Shown: in pieces, positions 40,238 through 54,556 of the stretch
How positions within the stretch are numbered: the stretch's first letter is position 1
Layout: every line of letters starts with the position of its first letter
Assembly (NCBI RefSeq): GCF_006345805.1
Contig: NC_043005.1
Location: 35,650,001-35,714,000 of the forward strand
Reading direction: 5' to 3'
DNA length: 64,000 nucleotides
DNA from: Octopus sinensis
Taxonomy: Eukaryota
The notes under the pieces: model-generated
What the model was told of the DNA's origin: nothing
What the model saw: the letters and a program-made list of their open reading frames with translations, nothing else
Databases searched by the model: none
Made by a program: the position numbers and the translations under genes

Positions 40238-41179
40238 AACAATATATATGTGTGTATGTACAAACACAAACATATATTTATATTTCTACGACGGGATTCC
40301 ACACAGTTTCCATTGCTCATCAGATCGACCTGGGGCTATAGAAGAAGAATGTCCAAGGTGCTGTAGAGTGGGATTGAACTCAAAACATGTTGTTGCATTT
40401 CGAACGTCCGTCTTAACCACACAGTCAACCTGAATACCGCAATAAATAAATAAAAACTTACAGTCATTTAACACAAAAACCTCATTAACAATATCCTCAT
40501 CTTTGCATTCGTGTGTTTTACACATAGATGCTTAGAACAGGAAAATTCCTCGTGTTTTCCTTTCTGAGAAGATAACTGTATGACATTTCCTGCACATGAC
40601 AAATGAGCAAATGAATGTGCGATGCATTTTCTAATGATTTTTCAACCAATCAAATCTCAACGACGAATCATATTTCAACAAATATGTTAACAAAAAAAAA
40701 AGGCAACAAATCATAAACGCATCGAAATGATATTTCGGTGGGTTTCCGAATATCGTTACTTGTATATTGTCACGCTACTTCTCCCCTGCTATCTCTTAAA
40801 TTATCGGAGACAGTAAGCACGGGGTTGCGAGTCAAGAAATTCAGCTTCTAATCAATTTTAGCAAGTTATACAGAATCTCGAATTTGTATTCAGTACTTTA
40901 TCCGTTTACACCCGACACCCATCAAAAGAATACTTATCTTTTTTGATATGCAAAAACTTAGAAAAGCTACTCTGGGGTCGAAAGTTTCGTTCTTGGCGCT
41001 AACCTGTTACTCGTCAGGTGCGAAACGTTTTCCTTCAGTGAATTTTGTGACCTTCAGCTGATTAAAAAATATGTATAGAGATATATATACTTATGGATCG
41101 AGTTCACTTTCTCCTGTGTGTTTTACCAAGTGTGTGTGTGTGTGTGCGCGCGCGCGCGCGCGTACATGTGTACACATAT

Positions 41180-41220
<41 letters not shown>

Positions 41221-41517
41221 ATGCATGAGCAAAACAAATCTCATTTTCAAGGTTATTAGGATAGAGAGGGCCAATTTATGACGTTTGTGATATTCTGAAC
41301 TACATAAACAACTTAAATGGAAAGTTTCCAAATGAGTAGCGAAACCGGATTGGTGGTTTTGAATCGACGTCAACGTACTCCCGGAACATAGGGATTGCTT
41401 TGTCTATTTTATAAGTATACATACACACATACAAACATACATACATACATACATACAAACATACATACATACATACATACATACATACATACATGCATGC
41501 ATGCATACATACATACA

Positions 41518-41567
<50 letters not shown>

Positions 41568-41735
41568 AACATATTTGCGTACTTTCATACATAGTTACTT
41601 ACATACATACACATATGCATATATACATGCATAGATGCATGCTAACCCTAGTCACATTTAGTGTCAATTGTAATTGTTCTTTTTGGTGAAACATTGTAGC
41701 CTGGCGTTTACATTAGTTACATGTATATTATATAT

Positions 41736-41777
<42 letters not shown>

Positions 41778-42230
41778 GTATGTATGTATGTATGTAGAGA
41801 GAGAGAGAAGGGAGAGAGAAGAGAGAGAGAGAGAAAAAGAGAGAGAGAGAGATACAAACATACATGCATCAATGTATGCGTATACATGCGCAAGCTAGCA
41901 TGCATACGTACATGCATACACACGTGCATGCTTTCAAATGTAAGCGCATGCAAGCTTACATGCATATGAGCACGTATTCTTGCATGTGCACATATGTACA
42001 TTCATACATACCTATACAAACATCTAACACGCACATTAAAAATACAATCTGTAAGCGGAACAGTAAAAATATGCAAGACTTTTCTCAAGTTCAAAGTGTG
42101 ACATTGATTTTGTTATTTATATTCTAACGACAGAGATTTGTATCTTTGTTAGAAAGCGGCTCCGCCCTTACGGGAAGACTTCAAGTAAATATACATATAT
42201 ATACTTACTTAAAAGCTTGCTTGCATGAAC

Positions 42231-42267
<37 letters not shown>

Positions 42268-42714
42268 AGCTAGCTTTTATAAGCATTATATCAAGTACTC
42301 ACCCGCAGAGTCTTGTTTGAATGATTACGTTTCTGTATGTATGTGTGTGTCTGTGTATGTTTTTATGTGTGTCTGCGGTTATATTACTCTATATAGACAA
42401 ACGTCCTGAACCCCATCCCTTTTTGGATTCTAAATTACATCAACCTTTCTTTATTTTCTTCTTTCTCTCTTATTTTCTTCTCTGAAATAATGTCTCGATC
42501 CTCTAAACTTGTGATTTGTCCTATCAACTTGACTCACCCAACGATGCAAACAGTTTTCTCCCTTTCATTTTTTTTTCTCCCATTCAATACATAACTTTTA
42601 AATTTTACTTGTTTCAGTCATTTGACTGCGGCCATACTGGGGCACCGCCCTGAAAGGTGCAATGGGAAAAAAATCGATCTCAGTACTTAGAATTTTACGT
42701 CTGATACTTATACC

Positions 42715-42942
42715 TATTTCTTTACTACCCACAAGGGGCTAAACAGAGGGGACAAACAAGGACAGACAAGGGGATTAAGTCGATTATATCGACCCCAGTG
42801 CGTAACTGGTACTTAATTTATCGACCTCGAAAGGATGAAAGGCAAAGTCGACCTCGGCGGAATTTGAACTCAGAACGTAACGGTAGACGAAATACCGCAA
42901 AGCATTTCGCCCGGCGTGCTAACGTTTGTGCCAGTTCGCCGC
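42715..42942 (-). mobile_element. SINE group A long form nested in a group B SINE (about 42600-43010)
   Basis: 17-bp TSD cgtctgatacttatacc at 42698-42714 and 42943-42959. Confidence 0.9.
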
Positions 42943-43399
42943 CGTCTGATACTTATACCATCTGTTTCTTTCTCCGAAACGCAATTTTACGGGGACATAA
43001 ACAAACCATCACCTTTTATCACTTTATTACACGCTCAAGCTATCCTGTTATTATAATCAACTCTTGTTCCGCGGGATTATTGTTACCCTGATTAGGAAAA
43101 TGGATTTTAAGTGTTTTGGACCTTCAAGAGCGCTAATCTGGTATCCACCGCTTATAACAGCGTCTTCACACATATTGCACTGTATATGCGCACACGCACA
43201 TACACACACACATATGTACACACATGCACACACACATATGTATATATATTGTATATACATAGATACATACACACGTACATGCATATATATATGCATGTAT
43301 GTATATATAATGCATACATGCACGTATTTTATATGTTTGTGTATATATATGTATATATACATATATATATATGTAATGTGTGTGTGTGTGTGTGTGTGC

Positions 43400-43442
<43 letters not shown>

Positions 43443-43445
<3 letters not shown>

Positions 43446-43814
43446 TAACCGTCAGAAATTAATTAGCACCCTTGATTTGCTCTTCACTCAAGGTATGTGC
43501 TGTCACCTAGTGGCCATATCTCGAACTATTGCTTTGTTGCGAGTTCACCGTTGCGCAGAACGATGACGTAACTTTGTTTGCAGAGCAGTTTGAGATTCTA
43601 CAGCCTTATGATGTTGACATAGCAGTGCAACAACAACTTGGAGTGCGGATGCAGACAAATCTTCCTTTGTTTAATAGATATTTCGCAAGGACCGAAATCA
43701 CACCATACTAAGTTTTCTCATCGCGTAAGACGTTTTGAACAGCTCATAGGTTAATTGATTTAACCTATTTAATGTAGAAATTTGAGAAGTGCTAATTAAT
43801 TTCTGACGCAAGTG
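43443..43814. mobile_element. Tc1-like MITE
   Basis: TIRs cactaaccgtcagaaattaattagcac / gtgctaattaatttctgacgcaagtg with TA on both sides. Confidence 0.85.
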
Positions 43815-43913
43815 TATATATATAATCAGATTTATGCATGTTTGTCCGACTGTGTATATATGTGTGGGAGGTGTATACAGATACGCAAATTTATATATGT
43901 TTATCTGTGAGAT

Positions 43914-43944
<31 letters not shown>

Positions 43945-44309
43945 TGTATGTATGTATGTATGTATGTATGTATTATGCTTTCAGTGTCTGAAGAAATCTA
44001 ATTTCCTGCCTTTCTGTCGAAGTCTCCACAGAAGCAAAAGATCGTAAGATGAAGATGTGCAAAAGGAAATCTATGCCGTAAGTAAAATTGAAATAAGTTG
44101 CAATCGCGAATCGAAAATAGATGTTTTGGGTCTCACCGGGTGTTATTCTCCATTCTATAACACTCACGACCCCTATGGTGCTCACTATTTTTCTATGCAG
44201 TATTATATCTCTAGAAAGTAACCAGTGGAATAGCGTAAACAATAACGTAACAGAGTCAGTGCTTTATGCTACTAAGTAACGTTTCCTCCGCTCTCATTTC
44301 AAAATTCAA

Positions 44310-44382
<73 letters not shown>

Positions 44383-45441
44383 TAATAATAATAATAATAA
44401 TGTAATCATATACTGAAATATGTGTAACCATATACTGGGACATATCGGTTTACATTTGCAGACATAATAAAGGCGAATCGGAAGATTTTTTTCAAGGACA
44501 ACGAAAGGTTTGTTGATTGCTATTTAAATATTTATGGAGAACAGAATCCCTTAACTTATTTTCTGTGAGGAGATAAGTCAAAGAAGTAGGTCAGATCTAT
44601 ATGACGTTTGTATGCCTCAGCTCCTTACAGATTGGCGAAATCGATGGAATTAATGAGCAACGATAAACGTTTTCATGATGATTTTTTTTTTTTTTTTTTT
44701 TTGTTAGAAAATGAGATGGTCAAGAAAAGAGGGAGTTACTGAAAGCTGGGGACTGTGAGAAGGACTAATCAAAGTAATAATAATATTTTCTAATTTTGGT
44801 ACAACGACACCAAACACCTATGGTCAAACGTTCAACTTACTGTTACTTGTGGTCTTTGAGTAAGACCTAGAACAAAGCAATAACAACGTAAACGACAACA
44901 ACAACAATAATAATGGTTTCAAATTTTGGCGCAAGGTCAGTAATTGTAAAAGGAGTAAGTTGATATCATCGACCCCAGTGTTTGACTGATACTTATTTTA
45001 TTGACCCCGAAAAGATGAAAGGCAAAGTCAACCTGGGGCGGGATTTGAACTCAGGACGTAGAGCCAGAAGAAATGCCGCTGAGTATTTTGTCCGGCTCGT
45101 CGCCTTTCCAACAACAGTAATAATCCTTTTTACTATAGACACAAAGCTTGAACTTTTGGGGGAAGGGGCTAACAGATTATATCGACACCACTGCGTAACT
45201 GGTAATTATTTTATCGACCCCGAAAGGATTGAAAGACAAAGTCGACCTCGGCGGAATTTGAACTCAGAATTTAAAGACGGATGAAATGCTGCCAAGCATG
45301 TCGCCCGGTGTGCTAACGAGTCTGCGAGCCTTTCAAGAACAATAATGATAATTATAAATTTCTTCATTAGCCACAAGATGAAAACACTACTACTACTACT
45401 ACTACTACTACTATCACCACAACAACCACCACCCCCACCCC

Positions 45442-45866
45442 CGAACCTTATCAAAAATATTATACAAAGTGAAAATTGAAAAGTTCATAATCGTTTCTTA
45501 CTGTTAATCGCTATTTTCCTGTTGAGTGTATTGAAGAAGTCCATTATTGTTTCTTGGTGGTATTAAAAGCAATACCAGCAAGAAACAATAATAGACTTCT
45601 TCAATACACTCAACAGGAATATAGCGATTAACAGTAAGAAACGATTATGAACTTTTCAATTTTCACTTTGTATAATATTTTTGATAAGGTTCGTTTTTTC
45701 AAGAACATGGATTCTATTGAGACCAGTTAGAAACGATTATGAACTTCCCCATTACACTTTTTATAATATTTTTGATAAGGTTCGTTTTTTCAAGAACCGA
45801 AACATGTAAAATTCATAAGAAAATTAAAATTTATCTAATATAGTGGCGTTTTCAAACTTCTTTTTT

Positions 45867-45870
<4 letters not shown>
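45442..45870. mobile_element. Palindromic PLE-derived element (arms about 45442-45563 and 45570-45693) with a partial tandem repeat, ending in (TA)n
   Basis: Inverted arms; about 45638-45705 repeated at 45729-45797; HHR at 45768-45812. Confidence 0.75.
45768..45812 (+). ncRNA. Minimal type I hammerhead motif, U3-A8 variant
   Basis: attt-TTGATAA-ggttc-gttttttcaa-gaacc-GAAA-catg-TA-aaat; palindromic stem III ACATGT. Confidence 0.75.
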
Positions 45871-45940
<70 letters not shown>

Positions 45941-45941
45941 G

Positions 45942-46125
45942 AACTAACCCTTACGAACTAACCCTGAAATCGGTCCGATATGATAATAATGGAATTTTTT
46001 AGAATGTCTGTCGACCTTTTTTGAGTGGCGTGCGTATTGTGAAAAATTATAATGGTTATGAACAATGTGTCTAATTTCGGCATATTTGGCATTAGAAATT
46101 TTTTCGTTTGCCCTTATTTATAAGT
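45942..46125 (+). mobile_element. Truncated relative of the 3571-3963 PLE pseudo-LTR
   Basis: Retains the HHR 3' half (ccct-GAAA-tcggtccga-TA-tgataa) and the downstream ggcattagaa...tttgcccttatttt; (TA)n on both sides. Confidence 0.65.
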
Positions 46126-46213
<88 letters not shown>

Positions 46214-46277
46214 TGTATATAAAGGAGGCGCTCCAGCATGGCCGCAGTCAAATGACTGAAACAAGTAAAAGAATATA

Positions 46278-47562
46278 CAGGATGCGGTGAATAAATTGTT
46301 GTTTGAATTACGCAAATGTGAAAATAACACTGACATCTCATTTTAACAGAAATAGTTACCAAAATTACATGAAAATATCTTGAAATACTAAGGAGTAAAT
46401 TTATTCACTAAAATCGCCATTGGCTTCAACCTCAGCCGCCAGACGACTTTGGAATCTTATCCAACTCTTCTAGACAGTCTCCTTGTTTAAGTCGGTGAAT
46501 TCTGCCATAATCTTTGCTTTCATTTCATCTTTGGTGTTACAAGGAGTTTTGTTGGTCTCTCGCTCAACTGCGCTCCACACATAATAATCAAGGGGGTCAC
46601 AGTCTGGGGAGTTAGGTGACAAGATGTTTGGGGTGATGTGGTCGCAGGAATTGCCTGACAACCAGCACTGGGTTCTCCTGTTTGTGCGGCATGGTGCAGA
46701 GTCCTGTTGCCAGGCATAGGCTCTTCCAGCATCCACTCTCTTGACCCAGGGCAGTACTACCTCCTCCAGGTACTTGTTGTAGGTTTCCGTGTTGAGACTG
46801 AGGCCGTGTAGGAACATGGATGGAGGCATAACGTCGCCATCACTAGTGATCACTCCATGTTGATTAAATGCTTGATTTTTTTATACTCTCAGTACATGTT
46901 TTGGGGACACGGCAAGCCAACGGTTGTTTTGTGTTCTCTATCTGATCCTGGCAGAAATTTTTCTTCTCTGAAAAACACCAAAGCATGTTCGGTTGGAGGG
47001 AATGCTAGAATTTGTTCAAAAGCTTCGTAGTGTGGTCTTTCCTCTTGTCCTTGATGGCTTGGGATAAAAATTGGCCCTTTCTCATCTTGTATGAGGAATA
47101 CCGAATGCCTTCATGCACTACCTACCTACCTGATAAGAAACTCAGACACTCTCATGTCCCTGGCGATGGACCTGATTGACTCGGAGGGATCGTTGTCAAT
47201 CATGACCTGGGCCTCACCAACAAATTCAGTTCTTTTCTGATCAGAACGAGCAGAGTGAGTTTTCCTATCTTCGTAATCACCATTACACTCATCCAACTCT
47301 TTCTGAATCCCCTGCACTGTCCTCATATTGCCACTCAAACACTCTAAAATGTTCGTATTGGGGCTTCCGGCGCGAATGCCAAGTACTACAGCATCTCGTT
47401 TCCAAATTACTGGCGGCGGTGCGAATTGCATCATGGTGCTGCTTTTTCACAGACGGTGCCCAACTGACTCTACTATACTGTGTTGCCGACAAAATCAAAA
47501 ACAAACAATGCGCATGCGCGAAATTAAAATTATATAATGGCGACAATTTACCCATCGCACTG
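46278..47562 (-). mobile_element. Degenerate maT (DD37D) Tc1/mariner transposon
   Basis: ORF 46470-46853 has WQQDSAP...SPDCDPLDYYVW with 37 residues between the second and third D; N-terminal ORF 47126-47434; imperfect TIRs. Confidence 0.85.
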
Positions 47563-48283
47563 TTTGTATATGTGTGTATGTGTGTGTGTATGTGTGTGCG
47601 TGTGTGTGTGTGTGCCAAAATTAGTTAAATTAATTAATAGAGACGTCATCCTTTTGGTTCAGTTAGTTCAATTTTAAAATCCTAATCCTATAACATCTTA
47701 TTCCTCACTTCCACCCAAAAGAAAACATTCTAAAGAACATCTTCCATGTTTAATGAAATGGAAGCATCAGTTCCATTTCATTACTTTCTTTCTTCGTCCA
47801 TGCTTTCTCGCCTCCAAACAGCTCCTTTCGGGTCATTGATCATCATCATCATCATCATCATCTTCTTCTTCTTCTTCTTCTTCTTCTTCTTCTTCTTCTT
47901 CTTCTTCTTCTTCTTCTTCTTCTTCTTCTTCTTCTTCTTTCTTCCTTCTTTGTTGCTTCTTCTGCTTCTTCTTCTTCCTCTTTTCTTCTCTTCTTCTTTT
48001 TTCTTCTTCTTCTTTCCCTTCTCTCCCTCCTTCCCCTCCCCGCCCACTTCTCTTCTTTCTCTTCTCCTCCTCGCCTCGTCCTCCTTCACGTGGTTATTTT
48101 TATGGTAGTTATAAATTCATTATCATTGTTATTATTATTATTATTACTGGCCCTTGTGGCCAATAAAAGAAATCATTATTATTATTATTATTCTAGTTAT
48201 TGTAATTATTATCATTTTTGCTATCATTATCATCATCATCATCATCATTCATCATCATCATCATCATCACCACCACCAACACC

Positions 48284-48358
<75 letters not shown>

Positions 48359-49289
48359 TCATCATCACCACCATCATCATCATCATTATCCTCCTCTTTC
48401 TGCTGTCATCATCATCTGACTGATAGGTTTTTTCCAGCGCCATATTTTACGTTCATCTGATCTTTCGGTTGACATTTGGGATTGAAGTGTAGAATCTTCT
48501 CATTTCAAATAAAACAATTGATATTTCTGGTTGAGAACATACATACGTACATACATGCACACACGTATACACGAATATACGCAGATATATCCGCATATTA
48601 TATATATTATATATATATGTGTGTGTGTGTATGTGTTGCAAAAATACATACATACATACATACATACATACATACATACATACATACATACATACATGCT
48701 TTCACACACATGCATACAGATACAAACATACACATATACATATACTTATTCACACATACTCATACACACACATAATCATGCATAGATACATACATATACA
48801 CAAACATACGCACATACATACATACATACATACATACATACATACATACATACATACATACATACAAATGTATGTCAATCTTTTATCAAAACATTTAGCT
48901 TTTATTTCACTCGTGAAGCAAAAGTTAAACGAAAACAGCAGAAGAAAAGAATATTCTTATTCTTGTTCTCGTTGTTATTATTATTGTTGTTAGGCTTTGT
49001 GTTTTTAGTAGAAAGAATTATTATTGTTGTTGTTGTTATTTTTGTTGTAGTCGTCGTTGTTTAAATGGAAAGATTCCGTTTAGTAACCATGGCTCTTTCC
49101 TCATTGCAGATTGCCCTATACTAAAAGAAATGATAAAACCACCGTTGGTGTGCTTGTCTTTCTTGTGTTATTTTGTGCTGGTTAAGGGTGGTTACTTGAC
49201 ATTTAACTACCATGAACAATAAGGAAAAACTAAAGGGGGTTCTACTTAGATTTCCATTCTAACGACTCTACATCATGTCGAACCGTTAA

Positions 49290-49460
49290 TTTTTACACAC
49301 TTTTTTTCTCTCTCCGTTTTCTTTTTCCTTCTCAATCCTTTCTGTCGAAGAGTTTAGGTTCGAAACGTCAAAGACTTTTCCATTCTTGTCGGGCATCAAA
49401 CTAATACACCAGCTTTGTTCCTTCACCTGTCTTCGTCTTTTGTCTTCTGTAAATTTGAAC
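49290..49460 (+). mobile_element. PLE-derived pseudo-LTR fragment with a variant HHR (49338-49373)
   Basis: cttt-CTGTCGA-a-gagt-ttag-gttc-GAAA-cg-TC-aaag; ends in (TA)n. Confidence 0.6.
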
Positions 49461-49481
49461 TATATATATATATATATATAT

Positions 49482-49790
49482 ACAAATATGAGAGAGAATC
49501 CACTATGTGGATGCTCTTACGCTAAAGATAGATCCGCAAGGGTCTCAACCACTAAGAATTGTTCTCAAGAAAAATTTAGCACACTAAATTTTTTGAGAAC
49601 AATCTTAGTGGTTGGGACCCCTGAGGATCTATCTCTAGCGTAAGAGCGTCCACATAGTGGATTCTCTCTCATATTTGTGTATAATAATATTTACTGAATC
49701 TCAGTCTTTTATGCGCTAGACACTGGTGTTTAAATTGATGTTGTTAAATTAATATCCAATTTTTTCACCCTCATTTTGATTTTAAATAAA
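49482..49790. mobile_element. Palindromic element (arms about 49482-49579 and 49584-49678, right arm extended) between (TA)n tracts
   Basis: Inverted arms with several mismatches; same architecture as the HHR palindromes but no complete HHR seen. Confidence 0.7.
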
Positions 49791-49796
49791 TATATA

Positions 49797-49876
<80 letters not shown>

Positions 49877-50611
49877 GAGCTTGTTAAACTTTTTTATATT
49901 CTCAACATAATGTTGTCACCAAAGACTGTATATTTATATGGATTTAGTACTCTGTGTCAACCAATATTCTGTGCATGTTTGAATATACAGATACAGTACC
50001 AATATCAATTCCTTCTGGAAACTAACTTAAGTATGTCTTGAGAACGATTATTTATGTAATCTTTTTTGCCCAATATTTTAAGGAACTTGTTGAACTGTTT
50101 TATGTCCTTAACATGTCCCTGTTACCAAAGACTGTATATATATATATGTAATGTAGCAATTTGCAACAACCAATAATTAACGCAACCAAACTTCCACATG
50201 TTACTTTTGACAATCTTTTTCCAAAGAGTGAAACCGGTAAAGTAAATAAACATCTTTTAAATTGCATTTTCAAACCTTCTTTCGTATATATATATATATA
50301 TATATATATAGCGTGGCTAAGAAGTGGCTAGGGTCTTCGGCTCATGATAGTAAGGTCGTGAAATCGATTCTTGGTGGTGCCTTCTGTCCTTGAGCGAGGC
50401 AAGACACTTTGTTTCACGTTGCTCCTGTCTGTTCAGGTGGCAAAAATGAGTAGCATTTGTATTTCAAAGGACCAGCCTTGTGACGTTCTGTGTCATGATG
50501 GATATTCCCTGAAAACTACGCTAAGGATACACGTGCCTGCGGAGTGCTTAACCATTTGCACGTTAATTCCACGAGCAGGTTGTTCTACTGATGGGAGTGC
50601 CAATGCCAGTG

Positions 50612-50662
<51 letters not shown>

Positions 50663-50835
50663 TGTGTGTGTTCTTGTGTGTGCTTTTTTCTACTGCTTTC
50701 TTTACCACTGTTCCTCTTCCCCCTTTCTCTCCATCTCTCTTTACTACTTTATATTTTTGCTATCATTTATATCTATTTCTCTCCTGTTTTATATACATTC
50801 CCACCAGCTCTACTCCTCACCCTCTCTCTCTCTCC

Positions 50836-50887
<52 letters not shown>

Positions 50888-51264
50888 TTATTTATCTCTC
50901 TCTATCTCACACGCGCACATACACACTTCCTCCTTTGCTCTCTTTATCCCGCCCTCTCTCTCTCTCTCTCTACCTCCCAACCATGCTCTTATCGCTCCGT
51001 ATGCCAAAAGACAATTACTCTTTCACAGTCTAATATCTTTGACATGAAATCCGGGAGAAAGCAACAGACGATGAAATTAACGTTGTGGCTGTAAATAGAG
51101 AGAGTAGTGGGGTGAGGTGACATGGATGACATGTATTGGTCGTTGTGACACTATGAATGCATGTGCGTTTGTGTTGTGTGTGTGTGTGCGTGTGTGCGTG
51201 CGTGCGTGTGTGTGTGTGTGAGCTTCTATATGAAAGTCTGTTGGGCAAAAGTGCGTGCTGCTCT

Positions 51265-51660
51265 TTTCTTTCACCCGTTTTAATCACTGTACTGTAGCCA
51301 TGCTGGAGCACCACCTTGAAGGGGCTTTTAATCGAAAACATCGTTGCCGTACTTATTTTTATTTTTAAATCTAGTACTTATTCTATCGGTTTCTTTTGCC
51401 GAGCGGCTAAATTATAAGGACGTAAAGAAACCAACAACGGATGTCAAGAAGTGTTGAGGATCGACAAAAGCTGACGCAAAAACACACACACGCACACGTA
51501 TTTCTACGATGGGCTTCTACGCAATTTCCGTTCTACCAAATCCGCTCACAAGGCACGGGTCGACCCGGGACTATAGCAGAAACACACATCCAATGTATCG
51601 TCGTCCAGTGGGTATGAACCCCAGACCACGTAATTGTAAAGCGAGCTTCTTAATCACACA
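51265..51660 (-). mobile_element. SINE group B
   Basis: Homology to 27911-28345. Confidence 0.75.
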
Positions 51661-51790
51661 AATATTGCCTATTAGATGTGTAATATAAAGCATTCCATCT
51701 GTGACCAACACACCTGTGACTTTATTGTATAGTCTACTTTGACTAAAACGACCTTATAAAGGCGTTCCAGCTTTGACAGCCTTGACAGTG

Positions 51791-52212
51791 AAGGCGGTGA
51801 GCTGGCAGAAACGTTAGCACCCTGGGCAAAATGCTTAGCGGTATTTCGTCTGCGTTACGTTGTGAGTTCAAATTCCGCCGAGGTCGACTTTGCCTTTCAT
51901 CCTTTCGTGGTCGATAAATTAAGTACCAGTTACGCACTGGGGTCGATATAATCGACTTAATACCTATGTCTGTCCTTGTTTGTCCCCTCTGTGTTTAACC
52001 CCTTGTGGGTAACAAAGAAATAAGGTATTTCGTCTGCCGCTACGTTCTGAGTTCAAATTCTGCCGAGGTCAACTTTGCCTTTCATCCTTTCGGGGTCGAT
52101 TAAATAAGTACCAGTTATGCACTGGGGTAGATATAATCGACTTAATCCGTTTGTGTGTCCTTGTTTGTCCTCTCTGTGTTTAGCCCCTTGTGGGTAGTAA
52201 AGAAATACGTAT
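51791..52212 (+). mobile_element. Head-to-tail dimer of SINE group A long form
   Basis: Full unit 51791-52028 joins at ggtat to a 5'-shortened unit 52024-52212. Confidence 0.9.
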
Positions 52213-53104
52213 TGGCTTTCCCGGACAGAGTGGACCAAATTATATACTACTGTTTCCTAATCTGGACTGCACTATTTAATGTGTCCTTCTTTTTTAAAAC
52301 AGTTGAATGTAGTTTGAAAGGGATTTGACTGCCTGCAGATCAAACGAACGCTTTGACATTCCTTATTTGTCTCTAGAGAGTGTTTTTACTCTCTAGTGTT
52401 GGTACTGTTTAACTTCTGGTCGACCCTGATCGACTATACGATAAAAGATATTCTAGTAGTGATCAACCCACCTTTTATCCAGGCGCATTGCACTCAGAAC
52501 CGTATTATTCAAGGCGTTTCTCTTTCTGAGACAGTAGTATTGAGGATCCTGCAGTAGCTCAACTGCATATCAAAGTTCAAAGTGTGTTTACATCCACTTT
52601 GAACTTTGATAGGGAAACAACAGCGGAAACCGGTCCTAGCCAGTGAAATATGATGTTTCTTTTACTGTAAAACCTCTCTGTTGACTACAAGATGCACTAA
52701 CATTTATTCAGTGAATACAGTAATTTAATAATGTGTGTCTGAATGCGCGCGCGCGTGTGGTAGAAGAGTTCATTGCCTTAGTGTAGCAGTTGTTAATCAG
52801 ACATAAGAAGATGACTATCCTCATCCTTCGGGATTTCACCGAGAAGGGAAACGATGCAAAACGGAACAAAGTAAATGGAATAAGGAAAGGGTTTATAAAG
52901 TCAGGAACAGTTGCTAGGGTTGTTGATAGATCTTCGTTGGAGAGATTTTGCGTGGGGGTGGGAATTAACTCTGTAAGGATGGTGGGGTCCATACTAGCAG
53001 CAACATTCTGAACAAAGCGGGGTAACAGAATCTATCTGCAAACATTCAGTCTGCTAGAAACAGCAGCCAAATCTCTTTCAAATGATACTATAAAAATAAA
53101 TAAA

Positions 53105-53338
53105 TGTTCCTTCTCGAGCCATGCCAGGCTCATAAGGGCCGGTTTCCCGGTTTCAGTGGCATAGAAATTCCCCACCTGGACGGGACGCCGTCGCAGAATT
53201 ACTCATTTTTGCCAGCTGAGTGAACTGGAGCAACGGGAAAATGAAGTATTTTGCTCAAGAACACAATGCGTCGCCCGGTTCAGGAATTGAAACCACGATC
53301 TTACGATCATGAGTTCAACACCCTAACCACTAAGCCAT
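53105..53338 (-). mobile_element. SINE group C (V-domain-like tail); related copy at 61260-61490
   Basis: Head shared with 29979-30305, 3' part shared with 25329-25632. Confidence 0.8.
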
Positions 53339-54556
53339 CAAATGATTACTATACCGTCTAAGAAATAAATTAATAAATGTAAGAAATATTCGATGGTGTG
53401 TAAACTGTGCTTAAATAAAACACTGGATTGTCTCTGCTAGATTGACTTTCACCATAGGCTGGTCTAAACCAAAATAGGAACTACTCCTCATCAAGGCAAC
53501 AAAGGATTTGGTATTCTTAACATGTTATTTAGCCTGCTACACATAATAGCCAAATGATTTTCAAATTATATGCTATGTTTTAGGAAGAGGAGGGACACTT
53601 TAAACAATGTAGTTGTAGATATGGTATGTCCGAGAAAGAAAAATTGGTTGAAATAGTTTGAGGGTCTAGATTCCTTTGTCTGCTGGATGTAGGCTGACCT
53701 GGGGTTAAATAACAACAGCAACAGCTCCACAATCAGAACAAGATCAACATCAGTAATAGTACTGATATATACCGCTTTCAACGAAACAGAGGAACCTCTA
53801 TTTGGCTGCTAGGTTGTGAAATTCTCCTCAAATTTATCGTCATAAGAAAGGAGAGACAAATCAGATAATATAGTTCGGAGTATAAATAATAGCTGAAAAA
53901 TATAAACAAATGGGATGGTCATTGCTGGAATGTCTTATTTTAAAACTGTTCCATCAGAGCTGATCTTTTACTAAACAGACCCCTTAAGGACTACCGTCAC
54001 TACTAGTCAACATAACTGACAGTTTCTATTTATCATATTGCTGCTCCTTGCACTTAAATACATGAACATTAGTCAAATTACTGTGTTCCTTAAGGACCAT
54101 TCCTTACTTATTGTTTCATGGGGTTAAGGGGATGAGAAGTCGATCAATATTTCCCCGTGTCAGAGACACGGTAACATAAACCCAATAATTAGTTACCTGC
54201 AACAATTATATCCTACACTTCAGCAACTCTGCCAACACTAAAGCCGCATCTTAGCAACACCTTCAATAGTAAACACCACACGTTAACAACACACTATTAG
54301 CACTAATACCATGCGTTAGCAACACTTAACAATTCTGCCATTTATTACTACTTTACTGAGACATCTTCCGAAATCAGCATCACCACAACTACAACTGCTT
54401 CCCCTAACACAACCATCGTTACAATCACACTCATCATAATCATCCCCCGCACCCCACCACCACAACCACCACCACCACCACCACCACATCACTAACAACA
54501 ACAACAACAACACCGTTCCTACCATCATTAGCACCACCAACACCAACACCAATACC

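Noticed and set aside
52708-53011. Overlapping 94-aa and 73-aa ORFs in unique-looking sequence
   Set aside because: No motif or other support for a host exon.
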